From a virus: a stretch of 64,000 bases of DNA. The DNA is taken from IMG/VR virus record IMGVR_UViG_3300021960_000059, positions 4,193 to 68,192 of that record. One strand, 5' to 3'. This document shows positions 45,323 to 57,751 of this stretch, piece after piece (positions within the stretch are counted from its first letter, which is position 1; each line of letters starts with the position of its first letter). The notes below the pieces were generated by a model. That model had not been told where the DNA came from, made no database searches, and saw only the letters and a list, made by a program, of their open reading frames with translations. The position numbers and the translations under genes are program-made.

Positions 45323-47371
45323 TTATCCTGCACGACCAACGATTTCTGAGAACTCTACTCCAGTTCTCACCGCTACAAAGTTTAGTTGGATAAAGTTGAT
45401 AGAACGAGCAGGTTTAATATAAATATCACCCACGAACTCATTGCGGTCAATAACTTCTCCGGTATTGTTTGTTCCGTCTACTACAACAGTAAAGTCGGTA
45501 ATACCACGACGACCTTGCACATCTCGTAAGAACGGTTCTACTAAGTTCTTAAACTGAGCACGAGTGAATTCATCGTTGAATTCGAACAATGTAAAGTTCG
45601 CTGCGGTTGCGATTGCTTTTTCCAACACAATAAACAGTCGACGCACATTAATTCTATCAAACGCAGAAGGTTGCGCTAATAGTGTTTTATCTCCAAACAA
45701 TACAGTACCTTGACCGGGGAATGTTACAATAGGGTTAATGCCCTTCTTGTAGAGTTGATCACGATCTGCTTTCGATGGGTTGTATGCTAACTTAATCGCA
45801 TTCTTAACATTACCACGGTTAAATCCTGCAGGAGAGAACCAAGGATCACGAGTCAGATCAGTCTGCACCATGAGACCTGCTGTATCTGCGTTCAGTGGTA
45901 CATAACGGTATACATCGTTGTACTTATCGTACTGATACTTCCAACCAGAATCCATCACTGCGTATGAAGATGATGGCAACAAATCACGGAATGCGATAAT
46001 GTCATCACGTTCTTTTCCGTCGTATGCATTGTTATTCACTACATCAGACCTTTCTGGTGAGAGAACCACGACACAATCTTTACGCACTTCTGCAATGTTA
46101 TTGATTAGATGCGTTGCAACAGTTTGATTTGCATCTGAACCTAAGAGGAAAGAAACATCTACATCAGCAGTGTTGTTAAACAGATTATATCCTGTAACTT
46201 TTTCGGAATCACCTAATGCTGTACCATCTGCACCATTTGTCATTGATACTGTGATTGGTGCATTCCAAGTAGTTTGATCAGCACCAGATCCCCCACCAAA
46301 AGTTGTGGTAACTGCTGTTGAAGTTGCCGCACCAGTAATATTCGGATTCGTAAATCCTGCCCAGATCCATGCAGATTGTTGGTTGATAACTGTCTGATAG
46401 TAGTTACTTGCACCTTGCTCTGTCTTTGCATCAGATGCCAAAGAAACATTTTCATAAGTTTCTAGAATTGACTTACGGGCACCAGTAATAAGACCATCTT
46501 CATCCTCTACAACAATGTGAACAGCATCACCAGTAGATCCTGCTGTATTTGCATATGATGTTGTGGTTGGAGCTTGATCAAAGTTATTGTAGTATTCCCA
46601 ACGACGAACTAGTGTTGTTTGTGCACTATCAACTGCAGCTTCTGGTGATGCACCCACTTTAAGAGTTGATGTTCCACCGTCAGTAAATGCTTTGTAGGTA
46701 GAATCTAATGTAATCTGCGTTGCACTATCAATGGAACTAATTTTTCCTAAGAAGACATTGTTACTTGATAATAAATTATCTCCAACAATAAGTTTGCTAG
46801 TTGCGTCTGAATTATCTCCGTCTAAGTTACCAGAGTATCCAATTGTTACAATTTTTGAACCTGCAGTAAAAATAAATTGAACATTTGCAGTTGTTTCGAA
46901 AGAGTATGTGTTATCTGAACACACCCCAATAGTTTGTTGCCATGCGTTAGCAGAAGGACACATTGAAACTTTCAAGGAGTTTCCTAATGCACCCGGATAT
47001 TTTGCAACCCAATCTCCGTCAGTCGAGGCCGCAGTATAATCATTATCATAATCGTCTTGATTTTTAATAACACGATCTGCTTTTGTGCTTGCAGTTGCAT
47101 TATATGCATCTGAAGACACACCACGCACAACATAAAGTTGGTTACCGTATGCAAGGAAATTCGCTGCGGTAAAAAATGATGTTGCACTGGTTGAATCCGG
47201 TTTATGGAAAATGTTTACGAGTCGATCTTCACTATCTACCAATACTCTTTGCAGAGCTGGTCCCCATTTAAACTGTCCTACAATACCGCCCTCTGTGGTA
47301 CTTACTGCAGGAACAACGGTAGTGAGATCAATTTCACTTACATTAACGCCCGGTGATACTTGGAAAGGCAT
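45323..47371 (-). CDS. 18: Tail sheath protein gp18
   Basis: SPGV..SEIDLT, WFSPAGFNRG, FDRINVRRLF; late promoter at 47418-47425. Confidence 0.97.
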   Translation of the reverse strand: MPFQVSPGVNVSEIDLTTVVPAVSTTEGGIVGQFKWGPALQRVLVDSEDRLVNIFHKPDSTSATSFFTAANFLAYGNQLYVVRGVSSDAYNATASTKADRVIKNQDDYDNDYTAASTDGDWVAKYPGALGNSLKVSMCPSANAWQQTIGVCSDNTYSFETTANVQFIFTAGSKIVTIGYSGNLDGDNSDATSKLIVGDNLLSSNNVFLGKISSIDSATQITLDSTYKAFTDGGTSTLKVGASPEAAVDSAQTTLVRRWEYYNNFDQAPTTTSYANTAGSTGDAVHIVVEDEDGLITGARKSILETYENVSLASDAKTEQGASNYYQTVINQQSAWIWAGFTNPNITGAATSTAVTTTFGGGSGADQTTWNAPITVSMTNGADGTALGDSEKVTGYNLFNNTADVDVSFLLGSDANQTVATHLINNIAEVRKDCVVVLSPERSDVVNNNAYDGKERDDIIAFRDLLPSSSYAVMDSGWKYQYDKYNDVYRYVPLNADTAGLMVQTDLTRDPWFSPAGFNRGNVKNAIKLAYNPSKADRDQLYKKGINPIVTFPGQGTVLFGDKTLLAQPSAFDRINVRRLFIVLEKAIATAANFTLFEFNDEFTRAQFKNLVEPFLRDVQGRRGITDFTVVVDGTNNTGEVIDRNEFVGDIYIKPARSINFIQLNFVAVRTGVEFSEIVGRAG

Positions 47372-47437
47372 TTTATTTCTCCTTCTCATTAAAGAGTCAT
47401 TTTTATATTTCTTCCAATATTTATAAAAAACTGTTGT

Positions 47438-49490
<2,053 letters not shown>

Positions 49491-49515
49491 AGTTTATACC
49501 TAATTTTAACATGCT

Positions 49516-50337
49516 TTACTGACCTGAACTATCAAAAAAGTTTTCTCTTTCAAATGCAAATCCATAATTATCAGAAGCACTAATTAATGATGATGCAACC
49601 GATGCGGTAGCATTTGTTGTTGGAGACCCGTTTGCAAGTAATCCCGGTGTTAATGTGAGTTTACTATTTACTGAGGATGTGGCAGTAGTATTTGCAAACG
49701 CATTAATAATAGACTTTTTAATAACCGCAGAATTTTTGACAGGACCGAAAATATATCCTTTCACCACAAAATTCATGGTGTATATTAATGCTCGTCTTGT
49801 TTGGAAATCACCATCATAAGTGTCTTCAATACTCATCCCAGTAAATATTGTTGGAATATCATAGTACTCATTAGTATCTGTCACCAACTTCATCGTATTA
49901 ACCCATTCTGGTCTAAAGAACGGCAAGATTTGTTCGATGGTTTGTACCGCATCTTCTTGGTTACCAAACATTCCATATAATGAAAAGTCGATATTGTATG
50001 GCACAGGAACTTGTTGATTTTTTACTTTATCATTATCCGTCGATGTGTAAATATTTTTTTGAAGTTTGTTTAAATTTCTAGAAGGATCATATGTGTAATT
50101 CGTTATTTCAAAAGACAGTCTAGGCAATTGTAATGCGACTTCACGATCTAAACTTGGATCAGTTCTTAGACGAGAAAGAAATTTTTCTCGTGGTCCATAT
50201 GCAATTGGTAATCGAAACTGTTGAGTAGGTTGATTGCTTGCATTATATCTAACAATTTCAATTTCGTTAAACATATTGCCGAACATAATGACATACTTTC
50301 GTATGGCACCGTGATAGTATTGTGGATTACCAAACAT
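49516..50337 (-). CDS. 15: Tail sheath stabilizer gp15
   Basis: PIAYGPREKFL, LPRLSFE, EQILPFF.P. Confidence 0.93.
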   Translation of the reverse strand: MFGNPQYYHGAIRKYVIMFGNMFNEIEIVRYNASNQPTQQFRLPIAYGPREKFLSRLRTDPSLDREVALQLPRLSFEITNYTYDPSRNLNKLQKNIYTSTDNDKVKNQQVPVPYNIDFSLYGMFGNQEDAVQTIEQILPFFRPEWVNTMKLVTDTNEYYDIPTIFTGMSIEDTYDGDFQTRRALIYTMNFVVKGYIFGPVKNSAVIKKSIINAFANTTATSSVNSKLTLTPGLLANGSPTTNATASVASSLISASDNYGFAFERENFFDSSGQ

Positions 50338-51089
50338 TACCAACTACCCTCTTCAGAAAATGGATTGGACTCAGAGAAGTCTAAGAAATCAATACTTGAT
50401 GTCGTAAAGTACTCATTGTTTGCCTGAGAATCAATTTGACTAATGTCGTAATCTTCACGAACAATTGACGCACCATCTTCAAAGACAAGAACTTCTCCTG
50501 CCTCAGTAAGCAACTCGTAGATTCCTCGGTCAGTAGAGAACTTCTCTTCGATGTTATCAACAACAGAAAGTCCAGTGTCAAGTATTTCATTATTGTAAGT
50601 AAACAATGATAGACTCAGATCATAGGTTTGTAATGATCCCATCTGGTAAAAAATAGATTCGTGTTCAACAAACTTGACTTCAAATATTTTGCCATTGAGT
50701 GGGAAATATATTAAGTCTCCCTCAGATGGACGACCGATACCTTCTAATTCATTTGTAGGAGTCGTATCAAGTTTATTGATTTCTTCACCAAATCGTCTTT
50801 GAGAAACTGTAAGGACAAGTTCATCTTGGATTTCAAGACCAAATTTGGAGAGAAAATCTCCTTCACCTTGAAACCCATCGACAGACTTAATGTACATTTC
50901 AATTTGATATGCCGTTTCGAATTTGGAAAGAATATCTTCACCAAACAGAGTGTCTTCCTTCACCATTTTTCTAGGCATATACATCACATCTATACCATAA
51001 ATTTTGATCGATTCAATGATCAAATTTTCGATAAGGTTTTGCTCTTGTGTAAAAGCAAAATTGTTAAAGTATAGATTTGTAGTAGGCAT
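50337..51089 (-). CDS. 14: Neck protein gp14
   Basis: ESIKIYG, SKFGL, RPSEGDLIYFP, DFSESNPF. Confidence 0.93.
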   Translation of the reverse strand: MPTTNLYFNNFAFTQEQNLIENLIIESIKIYGIDVMYMPRKMVKEDTLFGEDILSKFETAYQIEMYIKSVDGFQGEGDFLSKFGLEIQDELVLTVSQRRFGEEINKLDTTPTNELEGIGRPSEGDLIYFPLNGKIFEVKFVEHESIFYQMGSLQTYDLSLSLFTYNNEILDTGLSVVDNIEEKFSTDRGIYELLTEAGEVLVFEDGASIVREDYDISQIDSQANNEYFTTSSIDFLDFSESNPFSEEGSW

Positions 51090-51093
51090 TTAA

Positions 51094-51837
51094 TTACCCA
51101 ATCATGTCCATTGCAGGAAGTGAGTAAGAATTTACTACCTCTTCTTCCAACCGTTTAATTTCTTCATCCGCTTCTGACCAGATTGTTTGACCGTTAAATT
51201 GCAGTCCACCCGGCAATTGCATTCCTTCAAACTTTTTAAGGTTCTCTCCCCATTGTCGTTTGAACAATTGTGTGCAATATTGACGCAACCAACGATCCCC
51301 CCATACAGAGGTGTAAGTATCTGGATCAAGAATACGATAACATTCTATGATCAAATATTCTCCGACGGTTACTCTCGCAGACCAATCCATATCTAGATAC
51401 AGTCGATCAGTGTGCCGACTGAATCTTAGAGGTTGTTTTCCGACAAAAATTTCTTCCATTAATGCGATACGTTCCATAGAACTGACATAGTTCTGAAACT
51501 GAGAATGAGACCAATCATAAATCTCATTCAGTGTTACTTGATACCTGAGATTGAATAGGTTGTTTGCGTTGAGTCCAGTGCCTACTGGGAAGACATTAAT
51601 AATGCCATTGATTGTGCTTGGCACCGTGACATATTCATTGGTAATATCATCAGCAGTAACTTGATGTTTAAGAAAAGTTCTTTCCGAACCATCAAAATGA
51701 TAATCACGATAATACTCTAATGCGTCATCGATTCGATCTTGCATCTGGTCTTCATCGATATTAATTTCGATGACCGGATGACCCAATCTCCTCATGCAGT
51801 ATTTTTTTAATTCTTCTCGTGTGGTAGGATTTGCCAT
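51094..51837 (-). CDS. 13: Neck protein gp13
   Basis: RRLG.PVIEIN, QWGENLKKF.G.QLPGG; late promoter at 51869-51876. Confidence 0.93.
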   Translation of the reverse strand: MANPTTREELKKYCMRRLGHPVIEINIDEDQMQDRIDDALEYYRDYHFDGSERTFLKHQVTADDITNEYVTVPSTINGIINVFPVGTGLNANNLFNLRYQVTLNEIYDWSHSQFQNYVSSMERIALMEEIFVGKQPLRFSRHTDRLYLDMDWSARVTVGEYLIIECYRILDPDTYTSVWGDRWLRQYCTQLFKRQWGENLKKFEGMQLPGGLQFNGQTIWSEADEEIKRLEEEVVNSYSLPAMDMIG

Positions 51838-51880
51838 AAAAATAGTCCTAAGAGTTTATCTATAGGACTATTTATAATGA

Positions 51881-52372
51881 CTATAGATTGTAGTCTTCTG
51901 GGTTAGGATAATCATCTTCAGCATAGTATAAAGATTTAAAAGATTCATCATCAGTCACTGCGTCCCAAGATGCCTCTAAACTAATTAGATGATTTCTTAC
52001 CGCAGTTCTGTAATTAACCACATTTTCAGGAACATCTTGTCCAGTTTCTATTTTTCTTGTATAGTACCAATCAGTTGGTTTAAGCAAATTACCGACTGTT
52101 TCTTTAAGACCTTTTACTATAGAATCTCTTATATCTGTCAGTAGATCTTCTCTCACTACAGGATTGTTATCTTCATCATATCCACTATATATGGTTTTAT
52201 CTAAAGATTTTTGTCTAGGTTGTGGTTCCTCAAAAACTAATCCCGCGGCAATTTTTTCTTCATCAGACCAACGATACCAATCACCAGAATGCAATACGAC
52301 ATCATTATTCGCACATGTTTGTTCCCAAGACTGATATGGTTTTATTACAGTATTAGCATATTTCCACGGCAT
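51881..52372 (-). CDS. Tail fibre assembly chaperone-like protein
   Basis: LLKPTDWY..RK.E......YRTAVR motif downstream of the fibre gene. Confidence 0.6.
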   Translation of the reverse strand: MPWKYANTVIKPYQSWEQTCANNDVVLHSGDWYRWSDEEKIAAGLVFEEPQPRQKSLDKTIYSGYDEDNNPVVREDLLTDIRDSIVKGLKETVGNLLKPTDWYYTRKIETGQDVPENVVNYRTAVRNHLISLEASWDAVTDDESFKSLYYAEDDYPNPEDYNL

Positions 52373-52393
52373 TGATTTTTTCTCCTAAAAATT

Positions 52394-55300
52394 CTAGAAT
52401 GCATTAGCATATTTATATGGCTGATCTGCAAAAGCTGCATATGTATGGACATAAGAGTATTTATTTAGTTCGGTAGTCTCATTCATAGAATTTCGCTTAT
52501 TCATAACCATAAACCCATTAGACATAATCAAGACTTGAGCACCTAACACTATAGAGCTATCTTTAAATATTAAATCATCGTGTTCACCAAAGGTACTTGT
52601 TGGACTACCAACACTAGGCCGCCCAGTTAATGAATTAGTCCAACCAAAAGATGCAGTTGCATAATGATTAAAGTTGTGATCTGGAGAATCTGCGGTCTTT
52701 TGGTCAACAATATGAAAAAATGTATTGTAACTAGAGTGAGGTGCTTTAATTAGTACCCAAGCAGGTCTAAATCCAGTATAGACAAATACTCCATATTCAT
52801 TGCCATTTGCTTCATAATATCCGGCTCTAAAATAACCGTCATAGTTAGCAAACAATTGCACAAAATATTCATGATTGTTTACATTTAAGGATTCGAGAGT
52901 ACCAGATCCGAGACGACCTCCTGTACCATTAAATCCATTAACACCACCAGTAGTCGCACCGTGAGAAACTGTAAATCTGTTTTCTGTAATTCCACTTAAA
53001 AAATCTGTGTTTTGATAATCTATAAATCCACCATTATCATACCCACTTTCAGTTCTAAACCCTCTGAGTGATACGAGGTATTCTTCAGAAACATTCAGTG
53101 CATCTATTAAATCATCAGATGTGGTTGGAGTGAAAGAATTATTATACCATACTGCAAATCCAGTATACCTATTGTAAGTTATTGAAGCAGCTCCGTGATC
53201 TTTATTATGAAATATCATAAAGTCTGGTTCGACACCAAGTCCATGTGTTATAAGTCGCGACCCAGAATCATTTCCTGTATAGGTTAATGCCTTCTGCGGA
53301 ACTACAGGACTAGTTGTCGAGGATAGACTCCATTGATACATTATGCGATTATCAGAACTATTGGACGGATAAACTGGTGATCCAGTTAAATCTCTGAGTT
53401 CAACTGCATTTTCACTGAAATCTAAAGTCGCAAAGTGTGTGGTGACCCCCGAGACTGTAAATGCAAAATTTTCTCCATCCGGAGTTTCATTGTCTCTTCG
53501 GTTTGGATGATAATATTGGTTGTAATAAGAATCCGAGGATGGGACTGGAGCCAAACCAATATTAGATCCAAATGCCGCCCAAGGATATGAATATGACAAC
53601 GATTTAGTTAAAAAATATTCATATCCACTGGATTTAATTCCCAAAGGAACTGATATTTCATTGAAGTTGCCGCTTACATATTCATTGCTATCATTATAAA
53701 TTTTTGCATCAAAATAATCTATTGGAGAGTTATTTAATGCAATATCAACTCCTTCACCGACCGGAAGATTTTGAGTACACCATGCTTTGAATCCTGTAGG
53801 AACTTTATAATAAAACTCTCCATAACCATTTTCATCCGCATAAGTTGTTCCGGAAGATTGATTCCCACCGAAAGTAGGATTTTGACCAAAATTAAAGTTA
53901 GATTCAGGATAAACGCTGTATGCACTATAATGATTTACAAATGGTTGCCAAAGAATTTTTTCGTATCCTTCAGGCAATATAAAAGATGCAGTAAAACTAT
54001 TAAGTGTGGGAGTGAAAGCCGAGTATGAATGAATTACCGCTTCCGTAGCAGAACTATTAAAAGTAGGATCAGTATCAATTCTTGCAGGAGTGTACCATGC
54101 ACCATTTTTCCCAAAATGAATTAGACCTTCATCTAAATCCAGAGCAATCATAAAAATAGTGCCCTCAACTGATGCTTGACCATTTCCGTTGTATGGCAAA
54201 GCTCTATCTCTGTATCGTCCGTCGTCGTCTCCTTTAGGGTAAGTCATATACCCCCATCCGTCAACCATAAGATATTTTTGTTGCTCCGCTGGCACTTGAG
54301 CATAAGTCGTACCAGACTGCCAAGGTCTTGTAAAATTAACTTGACCACTTGCAGAAATACCATAACTCGCAGATCTACCATCGGACATTGAATAATCTGA
54401 TGATACTTCCCAATACCATTTGCCACTTGAGGCACCCATAGTGCCTTTGGCTCCAAATCCAGAAATATTACTACTACGACCAATCTTGGTTCTTAAATAT
54501 GTATTATCATTTCTAAGAAATCTACTACCACCACTGTGTCTGACATCATTTGTATTTAGAGTACAAAAAGTGTTTGTTGGATTAGAAGGACTGAAGTCTC
54601 TTTCACGAATGTTTCGTGAATTAAAATGATGATCGTTGCCAGAGGTGTCTATTATTCCATTAGACTTATAATAAAGGTAGAACCCAGAATCCGTAAAATC
54701 ATGATCAAATTTTAATTGATACCCAGTATTTCCATAAGTTCCAGTATATTCTATTGGAACCCACACATTTCGTACAAACTTTCCAAAGTCACTTGCATCA
54801 AGTGCTTGTCCATCAATACAGTGAAATTCTGATAAGTTGGCCATTAAAAATGCGGCATTATATGGATCATGAGAACCTTGTGAAGAGTTTTGATTCTCAA
54901 CAGCACTAGGAAAAGAATTCATACCAATAATTTCATGAAATCTCCGCGTTGAAGAAGTGCTTGTGCTGAGTACCTTTCGTTGTAATTGACTAGAATCACT
55001 TGACTCACCAAATCCCTCAAAGACCAAGTTTGAGGAAGAACTTGAGGGAGCCAACTCCATTGAAATTTGGTAACCATTAACATAAACTTTTAATCTATCA
55101 GAACTAGAACTCGCATCACAATCAATTGCCACTACAATATGATACCATGCAGAATAATCTCTGAATACCATTTCACTTGCATATTTGCTTATAGTTGTCT
55201 TTGCACCGTTAATCTTCGACTGTCGAACTACAAGTCTTTGTTTATCATCAAAAAGAATAGTTAAATAATTATTAGTTATATCATCAGTGTATGTAAAGCT

Positions 55301-55612
55301 TATATCACTGACAGATGTCACGACACATTGATGACGATTAGTTTCACTTTTGTTAAAGGTATCTTGATTTTTCTTTATCCAAAAACTATAAGTACATGCA
55401 TCATTAGAATTTGATGATGTTGTTTCTGTGAATTGTCTTTCAAAAAAACTACTGTAGTTTACACTACCATAACTATTAGTTGCTCCAGTTCTATTTGTAT
55501 TAGTATCGAAAGCATATGAATTTAATACTAGTGATTTTCCTGATACTGCACCAGATGGATAAATGCTCGCATCGCCACTGCTGTATAAGAATTGCGGAGA
55601 ACCAAATGCCAT
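52394..55612 (-). CDS. LamG/SPRY-domain tail-associated adhesin
   Basis: FRDYSAWYHIVVAID, IDGQAL...FG, SSGKWYWEV, FNFGQ, YTGFRPAWVLIK. Confidence 0.8.
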   Translation of the reverse strand: MAFGSPQFLYSSGDASIYPSGAVSGKSLVLNSYAFDTNTNRTGATNSYGSVNYSSFFERQFTETTSSNSNDACTYSFWIKKNQDTFNKSETNRHQCVVTSVSDISFTYTDDITNNYLTILFDDKQRLVVRQSKINGAKTTISKYASEMVFRDYSAWYHIVVAIDCDASSSSDRLKVYVNGYQISMELAPSSSSSNLVFEGFGESSDSSQLQRKVLSTSTSSTRRFHEIIGMNSFPSAVENQNSSQGSHDPYNAAFLMANLSEFHCIDGQALDASDFGKFVRNVWVPIEYTGTYGNTGYQLKFDHDFTDSGFYLYYKSNGIIDTSGNDHHFNSRNIRERDFSPSNPTNTFCTLNTNDVRHSGGSRFLRNDNTYLRTKIGRSSNISGFGAKGTMGASSGKWYWEVSSDYSMSDGRSASYGISASGQVNFTRPWQSGTTYAQVPAEQQKYLMVDGWGYMTYPKGDDDGRYRDRALPYNGNGQASVEGTIFMIALDLDEGLIHFGKNGAWYTPARIDTDPTFNSSATEAVIHSYSAFTPTLNSFTASFILPEGYEKILWQPFVNHYSAYSVYPESNFNFGQNPTFGGNQSSGTTYADENGYGEFYYKVPTGFKAWCTQNLPVGEGVDIALNNSPIDYFDAKIYNDSNEYVSGNFNEISVPLGIKSSGYEYFLTKSLSYSYPWAAFGSNIGLAPVPSSDSYYNQYYHPNRRDNETPDGENFAFTVSGVTTHFATLDFSENAVELRDLTGSPVYPSNSSDNRIMYQWSLSSTTSPVVPQKALTYTGNDSGSRLITHGLGVEPDFMIFHNKDHGAASITYNRYTGFAVWYNNSFTPTTSDDLIDALNVSEEYLVSLRGFRTESGYDNGGFIDYQNTDFLSGITENRFTVSHGATTGGVNGFNGTGGRLGSGTLESLNVNNHEYFVQLFANYDGYFRAGYYEANGNEYGVFVYTGFRPAWVLIKAPHSSYNTFFHIVDQKTADSPDHNFNHYATASFGWTNSLTGRPSVGSPTSTFGEHDDLIFKDSSIVLGAQVLIMSNGFMVMNKRNSMNETTELNKYSYVHTYAAFADQPYKYANAF

Positions 55613-55634
55613 TATAAATGTTTCCTATTGATTA

Positions 55635-56081
55635 TCATGAATAGTTAAGTAAGGGTGTGCCTAACATTATTGCCGTAGTGCCTCTTGCATAATAAGGCAC
55701 TAAATCCACTGTCTGTGTTACTCCACCAGACAATGTAATTCCATTACCACCGGGAGTTTCATAATCAGTTCCTAACGACAATGTTCTTCCAGTGTGTACG
55801 AAAACAAAGATACCACTTTGTCCCGATTGCGGCCGATAACTGGTTTGCGATGGATTGTTTAGTGTTGCGTTGCCATTGAGAGTAATTACAAAATTTTGGT
55901 ATAGATCAAATCTAGGAGTATAACTAGAGGAGACACTCGCCCCAATGACCCCACTGAATCCTACTTGTGCATTTAATATTCCGTCCCAAGTTAAATAGTT
56001 TCGAGAGTTGACATCTGACGAGCCAGTAAGAGTCCCTCCATTATTAAAAAGGACACCTGAAGAATTTATAGTTGTTGGCAT
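55635..56081 (-). CDS. Hypothetical tail-associated protein
   Basis: QNF.ITL.GN.TL.NP....GQSG motif of fibre C-termini. Confidence 0.6.
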   Translation of the reverse strand: MPTTINSSGVLFNNGGTLTGSSDVNSRNYLTWDGILNAQVGFSGVIGASVSSSYTPRFDLYQNFVITLNGNATLNNPSQTSYRPQSGQSGIFVFVHTGRTLSLGTDYETPGGNGITLSGGVTQTVDLVPYYARGTTAIMLGTPLLNYS

Positions 56082-56090
56082 TTTTTACCT

Positions 56091-56450
56091 CTATTCTATT
56101 AAAGTCCATTGAGTATTTTCTTCATCCCATTGGTACAATTGCCCATCATCTGGATATGCAATTGGGGGTTCCCATTGACAAGTTTCCTCATTTAACAACC
56201 AAGATGACCATGTATGTGGGGGAACAAATGCATCCCTTGTAGAATCATATGTAAACCCTTTTCCCGCAAAATTCTTTCTAAAGGTTTTGTTGTAACTTGT
56301 TTGAATCCAAGTTCCACCAAATAAATCTCTACAGAAGTCAATTCCCAATTGCTCTACTTCATTATTTGATTCGTCTAATAATACATCATTATTTATAACA
56401 ACTACTCTAACTACAGTATTATTTAATCCAAGTTCTGCAAAGTGTGCCAT
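56091..56450 (-). CDS. Conserved hypothetical protein that follows Gly-rich fibre genes
   Basis: MAHFAEL...WIQTSYN..FRKNFAG..WDE. Confidence 0.75.
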   Translation of the reverse strand: MAHFAELGLNNTVVRVVVINNDVLLDESNNEVEQLGIDFCRDLFGGTWIQTSYNKTFRKNFAGKGFTYDSTRDAFVPPHTWSSWLLNEETCQWEPPIAYPDDGQLYQWDEENTQWTLIE

Positions 56451-57397
56451 TAGAATGTAATGCTCCCTGACCCAGTAAATTTATAAATGTTGTAAGATCC
56501 ATCAGTGGTTAATGTTGGAGATCCTGTGGTTGCTGATGCTGTTGCCAATGTTCTAAAAATTACGACACCAGAACCACCAGTTTCCGTTCCGGTTGTTTTG
56601 CCTGAACCTGCTCCACCACCACCTGTGTTGACTGTACCTGCGTTGCCATCATTGTTGTATGTTTGAGCATCTGCGCCACCACCTGCTCCACCACTGCCCG
56701 GATTACTATTAAATGCGGAACCTCCACCACCACCTGCGTAATAAGTTGCAGTGCCAGTAATACTGTTTTGAGTGCCGTCTCCACCGTTTCCAGATGCAGT
56801 AGTAGAACCATCACCACCAACGGCACCTGCACCACCACCTCCACCTGCATGGATATATCCAGAAACCGAGTTTCTTAGATAACCGGAACCACCATCATTA
56901 CCAATAGTACCACCTTCTCCGGTACCACCTGCAGAAGTCCCGGACGCATTTTCAGTACCACCACCTCCACCAGATGCTCCGTCAGCACCATCTTTTCCGG
57001 TGTTGATACTACCTCCACCACCACCGCCATTTACTGATGCACCAGTTACTCCTGATACAGAAGACGCGTCACCATTTCCACCCGGTAAATAGGTGGTTCC
57101 TTTTACACCACCTGCACCGACAGTTACGGTTAATGCTGACCCGGGCATGACTTGGCTGGTCATGTAGAGATAACCTCCACCACCTCCGCCACCGCCGACG
57201 TAACCAGACCCACCATTGCCTCCGCAACCACCGCCTCCGATGATTAATATATCAGCAACAGCAGGATTTCCAATAGGAAAAATGCCCTTAGCAACCGCGA
57301 TCGCGATTTCTTTTAAAGACCATACTCCACTTGCAACATTAGTTGCGGCACTTGCATCATTCCCCTTGCCTAATACACCACCATTTGGACCTGCCAT
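56450..57397 (-). CDS. Glycine-rich tail fibre-associated protein
   Basis: Many GGGG runs; YYAGGGGG, NTGGGG, GGSGVVI, FTGSGSITF. Confidence 0.8.
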   Translation of the reverse strand: MAGPNGGVLGKGNDASAATNVASGVWSLKEIAIAVAKGIFPIGNPAVADILIIGGGGCGGNGGSGYVGGGGGGGGYLYMTSQVMPGSALTVTVGAGGVKGTTYLPGGNGDASSVSGVTGASVNGGGGGGSINTGKDGADGASGGGGGTENASGTSAGGTGEGGTIGNDGGSGYLRNSVSGYIHAGGGGGAGAVGGDGSTTASGNGGDGTQNSITGTATYYAGGGGGSAFNSNPGSGGAGGGADAQTYNNDGNAGTVNTGGGGAGSGKTTGTETGGSGVVIFRTLATASATTGSPTLTTDGSYNIYKFTGSGSITF

Positions 57398-57750
57398 TAA
57401 GAAATTTCCTCATAAGAGCAAACTGCCTCTAAATCGGACGCAACACTTGCAGTTAACCTTAAAGAGTCACCTTCTTCAAGGTAAATGGACTTACTGATTA
57501 TATCTACTGTCGCATCAGCAGGAACTGATATAGTTTTAGCAATGTGATAAGCAGTGGAAGACCTATAAATGTCGACATTAATATCTGCATTGTTTGTTCC
57601 ATCCACGTTTGATATATACAGTGCATTTATTTTCAACACTTGTCCACTTGTGCCACTATTAGAAACTATCGCAGTTGCTGATGTTCCAACTGCTTGGACT
57701 GCTGTTTTGCCGATAATTGATTGCGAATTAATAATATTTGGTGCCGCCAT
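57397..57750 (-). CDS. Conserved hypothetical virion protein
   Basis: MAAPNI...SNVDG...IYLEEGD..SYEEIS. Confidence 0.75.
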   Translation of the reverse strand: MAAPNIINSQSIIGKTAVQAVGTSATAIVSNSGTSGQVLKINALYISNVDGTNNADINVDIYRSSTAYHIAKTISVPADATVDIISKSIYLEEGDSLRLTASVASDLEAVCSYEEIS

Positions 57751-57751
57751 T

